Below are positions 19,001-30,255 of a DNA stretch of 64,000 nucleotides, piece after piece (position 1 is the first letter of the stretch; each line of letters begins with the position of its first letter). Position numbers and translations under genes: made by a program. The notes beneath the pieces were generated by a model that was given only the letters and a program-made list of their open reading frames with translations, had not been told where the DNA came from and did no database searches. The stretch is from an uncultured Thermoleophilia bacterium. Lineage in GTDB: Bacteria; Actinomycetota; Thermoleophilia; UBA2241. Location: positions 19,200 through 83,199 of the forward strand of contig CAVUBA010000025.1 in assembly GCA_963739595.1 (NCBI GenBank), given 5' to 3'.

Positions 19001-20634
19001 GCGTGCACTGGGCCAGCGCCGGCCAGACGCTCCGCGCCACGGCCGCCGGCGCCGCCGCCGGCGACGTGTACCCCTTGCTGCTCGGCGCCTACGGCTGCGG
19101 CCCCAACTCGATGATCGAGCACCTGTTCGACGACCTCGTGGAAGACTGGCCGCACGCCGTCCTCGAGAGCGACGGCCACGGCGGCAAGGCGGGCTACGTC
19201 ACGCGCGTGCAGGCGTTCCTGCACAGCGTGCGTCGCTGGCGCGAGACGGCCGTCGACGGCGCCGCCGCGGTCGCGGGAGCGCCGGAGGACGCCGACGTCT
19301 CGGCTGCGGCCACGGCCGCCGCCGGCCGGGCGGCGGCGCACGACGCGACCGGCGCCGGCATGCAGGCGCGCCTCGCGCGCCTCGACCGGCGCCTCCCCCA
19401 CAGCCTGGACGCCGGCTACGACCGCTTCTACTTCGGCCACGTGGGCGGCGGCCTCGGCCGCCACCTCGCGGCGGCGATGCGCGGCGCCGGCTACGACGCC
19501 TCCTACGTCGGCGAGCCCGACGCCGCCGCGCTCCGCGCCGCCGGCGCCGCCTGCTCCGGCAAGGAGTGCCTGCCCTACCAGCTCATCTGGGGCAGCTTCG
19601 CCCGCTTCCTCGACGAGGAGGCGACGCGGCTGGACGGCAAGAAGGCGCTCTTCCTGAGCGCCGGCAACGGCTTCGAGGCGTGCCGCGCCAACCTGTTCCC
19701 GCTCACCGAGCAGATCTCGCTCGAGCGGCTCGGCCTCAGCGACCGCGTCGAGGTCGCCGACTTCAGCCTCGTGACCGGCAACGTGCGCATGATGCCGGTC
19801 GCCTGGATCGCCCTCGTCGCCGTGGACCTGCTCAACATGCTCCGCTTCCACAGCTTCGCCGACGAGGCGGAGCCGGGCGCGAGCGACGCGCTGTTCACCG
19901 AGTTCTCCGGCCGGCTCGAGACGATGCTCGAACAGCCCCGGCCGGACGCCGGACTGGCCGGCAACGTCACCGGGGCATTCCGCTTCTGCAGTGAGGTCGA
20001 GGAGCTGCTCGCGGAGGCGTCGCGCGCGTACAAGGCGCTGCCGCGCGACGCGGCGAAGGCGGCGGGTCTGCGCGACGTCTACCTTTGCGGCGACCTGTAC
20101 CTGCGCGTCGACGAGTGGGGCAACGACGACCTGCAGCGCAAGCTCGCCGGCCACGGCCTGCGCGTCATCTTCGAGCCCTACGGGGCGTTCTTCGAGCTCC
20201 TGCAGCTCCGCCAGATCCAGGAAGGCGTCTCGCTCACGAAGCGCCCCGAGAAGGAAGCGACGCTGGCGACCATGCGCTACGTCATCGGCCGCCTGACGAA
20301 GGCCGTGCGCGCCGAGCACCCGTGGGTGTTCTGGAACGAGGTGCGCGATGTCGATCGCGAGAGCCGCCGGCTGGTCGCGCCGTATCCCTTCGGCGAGACG
20401 ATCCCGGCGGTGGGCGGAGCGCTGCTCACGTGGCGCACGCAGCCCATCGACGGCGTCGTGTCGGTCGCGCCGAGAGGGTGCGGGCCGGCCCTGATCGCCG
20501 AGGCGCAGCTGCGGCGCGAGGCCGGCCTCCCGGCCCTGTTCGTCTACGCCGACGGCGACCCGATCGACGAGGCCCGGCTGGCGGGCTTCGCCTGGCGGCT
20601 CCGCAGCCGGCCCGCCCGGCGCGTCGCCGACTGA
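16087..20634 (+). CDS. Giant fusion protein (about 1515 aa): two BadF/BadG/BcrA/BcrD-type ATPase (CoA-substrate-specific enzyme activase) domains plus a C-terminal DUF2229/HgdB-like (2-hydroxyacyl-CoA dehydratase component-like) region
   Basis: Domain 1: LFVGADLGKVTTSLAV...ERCSAGTGETVEGL. Domain 2: VLGLDLGSTGSKAALVDA...NRVCSAGTGSFLEEQA. Cys-rich linker FQCGDRDCLNSCHLE...GGQCPKYD. C-terminal half with the LIGLPYAHYLIDTLPFFDTLLRRLGY type region of activase-related proteins. The in-frame ATG at 15997 overlaps the upstream gene, so GTG 16087 is preferred. Confidence 0.8.
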   Translation: MNYPSASPRADAGHGYGAPCGPPLFVGADLGKVTTSLAVGELGADGELRVLETRAERHLGDPLRPFLELYRELDAGRLAGIAATGVYGERLGEPALGGVPEEIAQEQAAAWLYPDGPLNLVRVGGGGYSVLTRDAAGNVRYEANERCSAGTGETVEGLCARLGRSLEEAVELAEASPDGVTVTSRCAVFAKSELTHFANQGEPHGRIFRGLFEGVARNVHSLYDKSKIDGPVVLIGHGALIGPIATGMAGLSDAPVEVAEQAGVFEALGALRFAASGAGEDAAGARRAAAAGSGRPQGGFPADPQELVRPVRSRIGRLEPAREGPGSVVRLGDAPAGSAAGDETAPAVLGLDLGSTGSKAALVDAASGAVLASVYRRTEGNPVEAAQALVAEVAEMMRNPVVAVGLTGSGRDAAATVFRAAFPGLGGRLIVQNEIVAHATAAAALDPDGGRSLSIVEIGGQDAKFINVENGRVVDADMNRVCSAGTGSFLEEQAIAHGVDDIAEFGQLAALSDGPPDLGQTCTVFVADVAAEALGDGFSREDIFAGLQHSVVRNYRSRVMGQRRLLDRVFFQGKPATDPALARTLAAVLEREVVVPADPGAMGAVGIALLAARAVGAAGRGRQRGAEAPAIDLARVLDARVAGRREFQCGDRDCLNSCHLELAEIDVGGAVQKIVSGGQCPKYDAVSAAGDKLPKDAPNPYREREALLRSLLDEETGDESGPGGAAGEAAGVAQLIGLPYAHYLIDTLPFFDTLLRRLGYRVEILRPGRDTLAEGDRRCAAPGACAPVKLLHGLAAADVDVFFAPIFVHLPLQNAGAQTYTCPMAQGAPDMVGLALHAEGARARVLRPALFEREGDGFDAPRVRRSISLAMRALADSAGDGAPLTPAVFDEAYEAAVDAQRRFEAGLHAIGERALRWARGHGYPVVLIAGETHVIHDAVLDAGIHELVAANGALPLPVDCYPTPENVSGMERVHWASAGQTLRATAAGAAAGDVYPLLLGAYGCGPNSMIEHLFDDLVEDWPHAVLESDGHGGKAGYVTRVQAFLHSVRRWRETAVDGAAAVAGAPEDADVSAAATAAAGRAAAHDATGAGMQARLARLDRRLPHSLDAGYDRFYFGHVGGGLGRHLAAAMRGAGYDASYVGEPDAAALRAAGAACSGKECLPYQLIWGSFARFLDEEATRLDGKKALFLSAGNGFEACRANLFPLTEQISLERLGLSDRVEVADFSLVTGNVRMMPVAWIALVAVDLLNMLRFHSFADEAEPGASDALFTEFSGRLETMLEQPRPDAGLAGNVTGAFRFCSEVEELLAEASRAYKALPRDAAKAAGLRDVYLCGDLYLRVDEWGNDDLQRKLAGHGLRVIFEPYGAFFELLQLRQIQEGVSLTKRPEKEATLATMRYVIGRLTKAVRAEHPWVFWNEVRDVDRESRRLVAPYPFGETIPAVGGALLTWRTQPIDGVVSVAPRGCGPALIAEAQLRREAGLPALFVYADGDPIDEARLAGFAWRLRSRPARRVAD

Positions 20635-20654
20635 TCCAGGACCACGCTGGTCAG

Positions 20655-20683
20655 AGTCTCACCCTCGAGTGGAGGGTGAGACT
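20655..20683. terminator. Perfect 12 bp stem / 5 nt loop hairpin between convergent genes (bidirectional terminator candidate)
   Basis: agtctcaccctc gagtg gagggtgagact. It lies between the giant gene stop (20634) and the MFS gene stop (20712). Confidence 0.5.
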
Positions 20684-20711
20684 TGTCGCCGTCGCAGCCG
20701 GCACCTGTCCG

Positions 20712-22424
<1,713 letters not shown>

Positions 22425-22432
<8 letters not shown>

Positions 22433-22980
22433 GGGTCACCGCCCCGGCCGGCGCCGCGGAGGCAGCGGCCTCACCGGCGACCGCGGCTTCGTCCTGCACG
22501 ATCCGCAGCAGGCCGCCGAAGCCGAGCAGAAGTCCCTCCAGTTCGGCGTCGGTGAGTGCGTCCAGCCAGCGCTCGGACCTGCTCCTCGCGGCCCTGCCGC
22601 AGGCGCGAGGCGAGCTCGTCGCCGGCCGGCGTGGCCGTGACCAGCGTGCGCCGGCGGTCCTGGTCGTCGCGCGTGCGCGCCGCGAGGCCACGCTCCTCGA
22701 GCTTGTCCACGAGCAGGCTCGCGGCCGGCTCGCTGATCCCCAGACGCCGGCCGATCTCTCCGACGGGCTGCGACCCGTACATGGTGATCATCGCCATGGC
22801 CTTGAACTGGCCCATGGGGAGGTCGAGCGAGAGCAGCTCGGAGCCGACGCTGCGATTGATCGGCGGCAAAGACTTCGTGCGCCGCCGGATGGCACTGCGC
22901 AGCAAGGCGCTCACGTTGGGCTGGGGACAACGGGGACCTCCGGGGAGCCGCCGCCCGAAGCGCCGGCGGCGTGATTCCAT
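22425..22980 (-). CDS. MarR-family transcriptional regulator, with a frameshift near 22580
   Basis: LPMGQFKAMAMITMYGSQPVGEIGRRLGISEPAASLLVDKLEERGLAARTRDDQDRRRTLVTATPAGDEL is the MarR wHTH. The C-terminal dimerisation helix (DAELEGLLLGFGGLLRI) is in a second frame ending at 22425. Confidence 0.7.
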
Positions 22981-23011
22981 TTGCAGATTATATGTATTCT
23001 ACAAACGGAAT
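22981..23011 (-). promoter_or_regulatory. AT-rich island with a perfect TATAAT -10 (minus strand) ending 6 nt from the marR ATG. Likely a leaderless promoter, with a TGTA-N3-TACA inverted repeat.
   Basis: ttgcagattatatgtattctacaaacggaat. The minus-strand reading is ...gtagaatacaTATAATctgcaaATG. This is the only strongly AT-rich stretch in this part of the window. Confidence 0.45.
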
Positions 23012-23372
23012 CCGCCCGTGCAACCCGGCCTGTGCCGCCTGGACGGGCGACGCGGGCGGACTCGCGCCCTATCATCGTGCGTGACTCGCATCCGCATGCC
23101 GTGAGCTTCGGCGTGGCGTGGAGGGCGATCGCTCGCGCGCGCAGGCGACCCGCACGCTGGCCTCGGGCCGTTCTGAGGGAGAGCCACCGCGCGCTCTGCA
23201 CGGGCGACCGCCGTTGCTCCCGCGCCGCGTGGGGCGTAGGTCCCTTGCGTCTTGGGCAGACTGACGGCGACTGCTGCGGGCCCGTCCCGCGAACGGCAGT
23301 CAGGCTGTGGACCCCTGGGTCGTGGTATGAATCAGCTGGCAGGGATCGTCCGATGCGACGAAGGGTGGGGAC

Positions 23373-23795
23373 ATGGCGTACAGGATCGTGGTTGGATACG
23401 ACGGCTCAGAGGGCGGCAAGGCGGCGCTCGACGAAGCCGTCGGTCTGGCGGGGCGACTCTCCGGTGAAGTGTTCGTCACCTATGCGTTCGGCGGTCGCAA
23501 GCAGTACGCAGGGGCGCCTCTCACGCCCCGCCGCACGCTGCAGGAGATCGGTGAGAAGCTCCTCGGGGAGGCGCTTGCGCGCGTCGGGGAAAGCGACGTC
23601 CACGTCGAGTCGGTGCTCGTCGACGACGACGCCTGGCAGGGCCTGAGGAGCGTCGCCGACCAGCATGAGGCCGCGGTGATCGTCGTGGGCACCCACGGCG
23701 CGTCCCCGCTCACCGGCATGCTGCTGGGCTCGACCGCGTACAGGCTGGTGCACAGCTCGATGACACCGGTGCTGATCGTCCCAGTGCGTTCGTAG
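23373..23795 (+). CDS. Universal stress protein (UspA family)
   Basis: MAYRIVVGYDGSEGGKAALDEAV...AAVIVVGTHGASPLTGMLLGSTAYRLVHSSMTPVLIVP. Intact, with a GGGTGGGG RBS. Confidence 0.85.
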   Translation: MAYRIVVGYDGSEGGKAALDEAVGLAGRLSGEVFVTYAFGGRKQYAGAPLTPRRTLQEIGEKLLGEALARVGESDVHVESVLVDDDAWQGLRSVADQHEAAVIVVGTHGASPLTGMLLGSTAYRLVHSSMTPVLIVPVRS

Positions 23796-23938
23796 TCGCT
23801 CACGGCGGTGCGTCGACGCCACGTGGGTTTCACCGTCGGCGCAACGGGTCAAGCTGCAGTATCCACTATGGGACGACTGGTTTTTCGGGTCAGGCCAATC
23901 TGTACAAGGGCACCGGACCGACCGCTGCGAGGGAGGGA

Positions 23939-25532
23939 ATGATGTCGACGACCGTGCCTTCTGTTCCATTGCCCGGACGTGACCCGGAGTTGCCGCGAGT
24001 AGCGACGGCCGCCGGCGCGTCCATAGAAGTCGACAAGGGGTTGAAGCAGAACGCCGTCGGGATGCTCTCGAGCATCGTCATCGGTATCGCGTCGACGGCG
24101 CCGGCCTACAGTCTGGCGGTGACGCTCGGCCTCGTCACCGCGGTCGCCGGCATGGGTCTCAAGTCGCCGGCGATCATGATCGTCTCGTTCATTCCGATGA
24201 TCCTGATCGCCAGTTCCTACTACTACCTCAACAAGGCCGACCCGGACTGCGGCACCACGTTCAGCTGGGTGACCAGAGCGATGGGGCCGAGGACCGGCTG
24301 GGTGACGGGCTGGGTCATGGTGGCGGCCGATGTCATCGTGATGGCGAGCCTCGCCCAGATCACCGGCACGTACTTCTTCTACCTTTTCGGGCTGACCAGT
24401 CTGGCCAACTCGCTGTTCTGGGTCACCGCAGTCGGCGTCGTCTTCCTGATCGTCATGTGCGTCGTCACCGCCATCGGCATCGAGATCTCGGCCCGTCTGC
24501 AGTGGTTCCTGCTCGGCTTCGAGTACATCATGCTGCTCATCTTCTCGGTCGTCGCCCTGATCAAGGTCTACGCCTCGCACCCGTCGGGTCGATCCATCCG
24601 TCGCTGTCGTGGTTCGTGCCCAACATGAACCTCGGAGCGCTCTCCGGCGGTATCCTGCTGGCCCTGTTCATCTACTGGGGCTGGGACACGGCGGTGTCGG
24701 TCAACGAGGAGACGGAGGACAAGTCTCGCACCCCCGGCGTGGCGGCGATCCTCAGCACCCTCGGACTCGTGTTCATCTATCTCATCACGACCACGGCCGC
24801 GCAGGCGTTCCATGGCCCCGACTATCTGTACCAAGAACTCCGGCGACATCCTGAGCTCGCTCGGTTCCGCCGTCCTCGGCTCGGCTGCCGACAAGCTGCT
24901 GATCCTCGTGGTGCTCACGTCGGCGACTGCTTCCACCATGACGACCATCCTGCCGGGCGCCCGCACGACGCTGTCCATGGCGTCCCACGGCGCCATCCCG
25001 AAGATCTTCGCGAAGGTCCACCCCCGCTTTCAGACGCCGGTGTGGGGGACCGTCATCTACGGCATCGTCTCGCTGGTCTGGTACGTCGGCCTCACGCTGC
25101 TCAGCCAGAACGTGCTCGCCGACTCGATCGCGGCCCTGGGCCTGACGATCGCCTTCTACTACGGCATCAACGGGTTCGCCGTGCCGCTGTTCTACCGCCA
25201 CCAGGTGTTCGACAGCCTCAAGAAGTTCCTGTTCCTGCTCGTGTTCCCACTGCTCGGTGGCCTCATCCTGCTGTGGGTCTTCGTCGCCTCGCTCGACTCG
25301 CTGTGGTACCCGGCCAACTCGGCGTCCGGCTACTTCGTGGTTCGGCGTCGGTCCGCCGTTCGTCCTCGGCGTCGGCTTCATCGTCGGCGGAGTCGTGGCG
25401 ATGTTCCTGGCGCGGGGCTTCCTGAAGCGCTCCAAGACCTTCTTCGCGCGCAAGATGGAGACGGTGGAGGCGATGGTGCCCTACGACGATCCGGACGACG
25501 TTCTCGTCGGGTCGCCGCCCCGGACGGGCTGA
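23939..25532 (+). pseudogene. APC-family amino acid transporter, interrupted by about 3 frameshifts
   Basis: TM-rich pieces in three frames (23939-24628, 24457-25425 region, 24812-25549, 25257-25532) together make a 12-TM APC permease: GTTFSWVTRAMGPRTGW, SMASHGAIPKIFAKVHPRFQTPVWG. Confidence 0.7.
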
Positions 25533-25678
25533 CGACGGGACCGCCGTGAGTTGAGGATGCGGTCTGCGAGGCGGCCGCGTCGCCCGCGCGAGCGGGAGGC
25601 GCGGCCGTCCTTGGTGGCCACGGGCTCGGCGCCTGAGGCCCAGCTCCGATCCGGGCCTTTGATAGACTCGGGCCGCTC

Positions 25679-27247
25679 ATGACCCCTTCCGCCGACACCC
25701 CGCGCCACCGGGACGCCGCGACGGCGTCGCTCGCCGCCGATCTGTGGCCGCCGGAGGCGATCGAGGCCATCCGCGCGGCCTCGCTCGAGCTGCTCGCCCG
25801 CGTGGGCGTGCGCGCCGACTCGGCGGAGGCGGCGGCGCTGCTGGAGGCCGCCGAGGGTCACTCGGCCCGGAGGGCCGGGTGCAGCTGCCGGCGGCCGTCG
25901 TGGCCGCCGCGCTCGAGAGTTGCCGCGGCGAGTACGCGATGCTGCGCGCGCGACCCCGGGCGCGACCTCGCGATCGGTCCCGCGCCGGGACGCATCCACG
26001 TGCACAACATGGGCGAGGCGCCGTCGGTCGGCGACCCGCGCACGGGCACGTGCCGCCCGGCGACGTTCCGCGACCAGGTGCTCGCCGCCCGGGTCATGCA
26101 TCAGCAACGCTACCCCGACTCGATCAACAGTCTCGTCACCCCCGGTGACGTGCCGGCCGAGCTGCACCCGCTGTACTCGTACCTCGCCATCGCCGCCGAG
26201 ACGGACAAGCCGATCGGCGGCCCGGGCCAGGATCACGCCTGGCAGACGCCGGTGCTGTTCGAGATGGCCACGGCCGTCGTGTCGGCCCGGCCCGGCGGCG
26301 TGCCGGCCGGCGGCGTCGTCCTCGACATGGGGTTCTCGCCGGTGAGCCCGCTCCACCTCGGCGCCGGCGTCTGCGACGGCATCATCGCGGCCGCCAGGCT
26401 GGGGATGGCCGTGCAGGTCCTCACCAACCCGGTCGCCGGCACCACCGCGCCGGCGTCACTCGCCGGCGCGCTCGCGCAGCAGGACGCCGAGATCCTCGCC
26501 GGCGTGGCGCTGGCGCAGGCCGCCGCGCCCGGGACCGCCTGCGGGTACGGCGCGCGGCTCTCGGTGGCCGACCCGCGCGACGGCCGGCTCCTCTGCGGCG
26601 CCGGCCAGTGGTCGCTCGCCTCGGTGGGCGCCACCCTGCTCGCGCGGCGTCACGGCCTCGCCTGCGACTGCTACGGACCGGACACATCGGCCCCGCTGGT
26701 CGACGTGCAGGCCGGGTACCAGCAGGCGCTGCCGGCGCTCGCCGGCGCGCTCGCGCGCCCGTGCATGATGTCCGGCATCGGCGTCTGGGGCGACGCCTCG
26801 ACGTGCCTCGAACTGCTCGTCGTCGGCGACGTCATCTACCGCGTCGCCCTCGATGCTCTGGAGCCGCCGGCCTGGGACGCCGACGCCCTGGACGTGGACG
26901 CGATGATCGAGGGCATCACCGGCAGGAGCGGCTTCCTCGGCACGCGTCACACGCGCCGCTGGCTGCGCGGCAACGCCGCCTCCGAGGACGTCAGCTGGCG
27001 CGGCGGGGCCGAGGAGTGGATCGCCGCGGGCAGCCCGGACGGGCTCGAGCTGGCCCGCGAGCGTGTGCGGCAGGCCCTGGCGCAGGAGCCCGTCGGCCTG
27101 CCGGCCGACGTGGAGGCCGAGCTCTGCCGCCTCATCGACGGCGCGGCGGCCCGGATCGGCCTCTCCGGCCATCCGGACCCGCGCCGCCTGCTCGACGAGG
27201 CGCGGACTCGGCCCGCGCTGCTCTGGTCCGCGCGCCGCGCCGACTAG
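25679..27247 (+). CDS. MttB-superfamily (trimethylamine / quaternary-amine:corrinoid methyltransferase-like) protein, non-pyrrolysine type, with 2 N-terminal frameshifts
   Basis: VLTNPVAGTTAPASLAGALAQQDAEILAGVALAQ and the C-terminal organisation match the MttB/MtgB family. There is no in-frame amber codon. Frame changes near 25860 and 25945 fall in GC dinucleotide runs. Confidence 0.65.
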   Translation: MTPSADTPRHRDAATASLAADLWPPEAIEAIRAASLELLARVGVRADSAEAAALLEAAEGHSARRAGCSCRRPSWPPRSRVAAASTRCCARDPGRDLAIGPAPGRIHVHNMGEAPSVGDPRTGTCRPATFRDQVLAARVMHQQRYPDSINSLVTPGDVPAELHPLYSYLAIAAETDKPIGGPGQDHAWQTPVLFEMATAVVSARPGGVPAGGVVLDMGFSPVSPLHLGAGVCDGIIAAARLGMAVQVLTNPVAGTTAPASLAGALAQQDAEILAGVALAQAAAPGTACGYGARLSVADPRDGRLLCGAGQWSLASVGATLLARRHGLACDCYGPDTSAPLVDVQAGYQQALPALAGALARPCMMSGIGVWGDASTCLELLVVGDVIYRVALDALEPPAWDADALDVDAMIEGITGRSGFLGTRHTRRWLRGNAASEDVSWRGGAEEWIAAGSPDGLELARERVRQALAQEPVGLPADVEAELCRLIDGAAARIGLSGHPDPRRLLDEARTRPALLWSARRAD

Positions 27248-27277
27248 ACCACCTGCTCGGGGCGCTCGCCCCGCAGC

Positions 27278-28532
27278 TCACCGCTGCGCGCCGCCTCCAG
27301 CTCCGCGGCCGCATCCATCCGGCGGCTCACGCCGCCGCGCGCAACAGGGGAACAACGCCGCCCCCGCAAGGCACGCGGCGGAGATGACGGCGAACGCCGT
27401 CCGGCCGCCGAGCGCGTCGAGCGCCCACCCGCCGAACAGCGGTCCCAGTGCGTAGCCGCCCATGTACACCACGGTCCACACGCCCATGTACCGTCCGCGC
27501 AGGTCCACCGGCGCGAGCCGGGAGACGACCGTCGCCGCGATGGGCAACAGCAGGACGATGCCGAGGGCGATGCAGACGATGCAGGCCAGCGTCGCCGGCC
27601 ACGGGACGAACGCGGCGATCCCGATGCCGGCCCCGAGGGCCACGCACGAGAGCGACATGAGGAGCATGTGGTCGCCGTCGCCGAGCAGGCGGATCACCGG
27701 GTACTGCAGGACGACCATGCAGAGCCCGTAGACGACCATCGCGATGCTCCACTTCTCCGGCGTCACGTCGTGGAGGTCGGAGAGCATCACCGGCATCGTC
27801 GCCCAGATCTGTCCGAACGCGTACAGCGGCAGCAGGGCGATGAGGCAGAAGGCGAGCATCGAGCGGTCGCGCACGACGGCGCCGAAGCCACGGAAGGTCG
27901 CCGTGAGCGACACGGCCCGGACCGTCGCCGGCCGGGTCTCCTTGAGGCGTGCGAGCACGATCAGCAGGAAGACGCCGCAGACGATGCCTGAGGCGAAGAA
28001 GTTCAGGCGGTAGGAAGGGTCGACCGCCAGCAGCGGCAGCGCGACCAGCGGTCCGATGGTGATGCCGGCGTTCAGCGCGACGCGCGAGACGCTGAACGCT
28101 TCCGTACGCTGTCCCATCGTCGTGATGTCGGCGATCATCGCGTTGCTGGCGGTGATGAACTGGGCCCAGCCGAACGCGGCCTCGAAGGCGATGAGCGCGA
28201 CGATGACGGCGAGGTCGTTTGTCAGGCCGAGGCCGAAGTACAGGGTCATGCTGCCGAGGATGGCGACGATGAGCACGGGGCGGCGCCCGACCTTGTCGCA
28301 GAGAGCGCCGCCGGCCACCTGCAGCGGCAGCGTCGCCAGCAGCGTGACGCCCAGGATCACGCCGAGCGTCAGTCATCGAGACGCCGAGTCTGCCGTTCAG
28401 GTACAGCGTCTCGTAGGGGTACGTCATCTCGACGCCGATGAGGAACACGAGGATGCCGCCGGCGAGCACCCAGAACTGCCGCGGCAGGGTCCTCAGATCG
28501 GCAGCGACGCGCTTGATGGGGTGTGGAAGCAC
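27278..28532 (-). CDS. MFS transporter, with a frameshift near 28370
   Basis: 12-TM protein split between ORFs 27327-28532 (N-terminal about 55 aa) and 27278-28360. It has the MFS loop motif DKVGRRPVL. Confidence 0.65.
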
Positions 28533-28648
28533 CGGGTTTCACCTCGGGTCGGCGGACGCCCGACCATCGTAGCGGTCCCGTCCATGGTTTTCGCGCGGCG
28601 CGGCCGGGAAGGTTGTCGCCACCACCATCCCCCTTCGAGGAGCGCAGC

Positions 28649-29596
28649 ATGGACAGTCGCGACCAGCCCCGCACTGTGGACCGCGTCATCACCCCGCAGC
28701 CCGTGATCGAAGGCGCCGGCGTGCGCCTGAAGCGCAGCATCGCCACCCCGACGCTGGACTACGTCGACCCGTTCCTGCTGTTCGACCACTTCGGCTCGGA
28801 CGATCCGGACGACTACCTCGCCGGGTTCCCGTGGCACCCGCATCGCGGCATCGAGACGGTCACCTACATGCTGGCCGGAGAGGTCGACCACCGCGACAGC
28901 ATCGGTAACGCCGGCCGGATCGGCGCCGGCGACGTCCAGTGGATGACCGCCGGCGGCGGCATCATGCACGAGGAGATGCCGCAGGCAGGCGAGGACCGCC
29001 GCATGGGCGGTTTCCAGCTGTGGGTGAACCTGCCCGCGGCGCTCAAGATGTCGCACCCGCGCTACCAGGACCTGAGCGCCGCACAGATCCCGGAGGTACG
29101 GCGCGACGACGGGACCGTGATCCGCATCGTCGCCGGCGAGGTGGACGGAGTCGCCGGCGCGGTATCGGAGATCTACGCCGAGCCGGAGTACCTCGACGTC
29201 TCGCTGCCGGCCGGCGCCCACTTCGCCCAGCCGGTACCGCGAGGGCACTCGGCCCTGGCGTACGCCTTCGAGGGCGAGGGCATCTTCGGGGTGGCCGCCG
29301 ACCTCGGGTATCGCGGCGACCTCGACGGCGTGCTGCTCACGGCGCCGCAGATGGCCGTCTTCGGCGACGGCGACGTGGTCCGGGTGGAGGCCGACGGGTC
29401 GCCGGTCCGCTTCCTGCTCGTGAGCGGCAAGCCGATCGGAGAGCCGATCGCCCGGTACGGACCGTTCGTCATGAACTCCAGGGAGGAACTGCAGATCGCG
29501 CTGCGCGACCTGCAGAACGACACCTTCGTGTGGCGCGACGACCCCGAGTGGGCCGGCAAGCGGCGCACGTGGTCGCCGGACAGCTGGGAGCGCTGA
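28649..29596 (+). CDS. Pirin-family (bicupin, quercetinase-like) protein
   Basis: DPFLLFDHFGSDDPDDYLAGFPWHPHRGIETVTYMLAGE...GDVQWMTAGGGIMHEE is the Pirin N-terminal cupin signature. Intact. Confidence 0.85.
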   Translation: MDSRDQPRTVDRVITPQPVIEGAGVRLKRSIATPTLDYVDPFLLFDHFGSDDPDDYLAGFPWHPHRGIETVTYMLAGEVDHRDSIGNAGRIGAGDVQWMTAGGGIMHEEMPQAGEDRRMGGFQLWVNLPAALKMSHPRYQDLSAAQIPEVRRDDGTVIRIVAGEVDGVAGAVSEIYAEPEYLDVSLPAGAHFAQPVPRGHSALAYAFEGEGIFGVAADLGYRGDLDGVLLTAPQMAVFGDGDVVRVEADGSPVRFLLVSGKPIGEPIARYGPFVMNSREELQIALRDLQNDTFVWRDDPEWAGKRRTWSPDSWER

Positions 29597-29647
29597 CGGC
29601 CGAAGGCGCAAAGCCGGACGCTCCCGGGGCGTTGGCCGGCGGGAGTG

Positions 29648-30213
29648 TCAGCCGGCGCCCGGCGCCAGGATCTTGACGAACGGCCGCACCGCGCAGCGGC
29701 ACGGCGGCTCCCCGCAATAGGGGCAGTGCGCGCCTGAGGCGACGCTGCCCTCCGCGAAGAAATCGGCGAGGTCCGGCCCGGCGCGTAGCCGGCCGCCTCG
29801 TAGAACGGGACGGCCTCCGGCTCCGGGCGTCCGGCCGGCAGCCACCCGAAGGCGAACGACGCTCGCGCGCCGAGCGCCAGAGCCTCTGTCTCGGCGCGCG
29901 CGAGCAGCCGCGAGGCGAGCCCGCCGCGCCGCTCCGTTGGTGCGACGGCGAGCTCGTGGACGTGCAGGACCGGGTCGCCGGGCACGGCGAGGCGCGCCGC
30001 CAGCGGTCCGAGCACGGTCTGCGCGTCGGGCTCGTCGGCCGGGGTGATGCGGGCGAGGACGACGCCGGCCACGACCGCCTCTTTGATCGCCACGAAGGAG
30101 AGGTCACCCGGACCCTCGCCGAAGTTCCAGAACCCCGTGCCGACGGCGTCGTCCAGCAGGCGGCCGGCAGCCGGTCTGTCTGCGGCGAGGAGCGGGCGGA
30201 TCACAGCGTCCAT
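29648..30213 (-). CDS. GNAT-family N-acetyltransferase, with a frameshift near 29790
   Basis: GNAT core LHVHELAVAPTERRGGLASRLLARAE. The C-terminus PFYEAAGYAPG then continues in a second frame with a Cys-rich tail CPYCGEPPCRC. Confidence 0.6.
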
Positions 30214-30255
30214 GGATGGATTCTACCGGCCTTCCCGCCCAGCGCGACGCCGGGG

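Noticed and set aside
23849-24580. Minus-strand ORFs antisense to the APC transporter, and 44139-44876 antisense to the metallophosphoesterase
   Set aside because: Their acidic/Arg-rich low-complexity composition is the mirror image of well-supported genes on the other strand.
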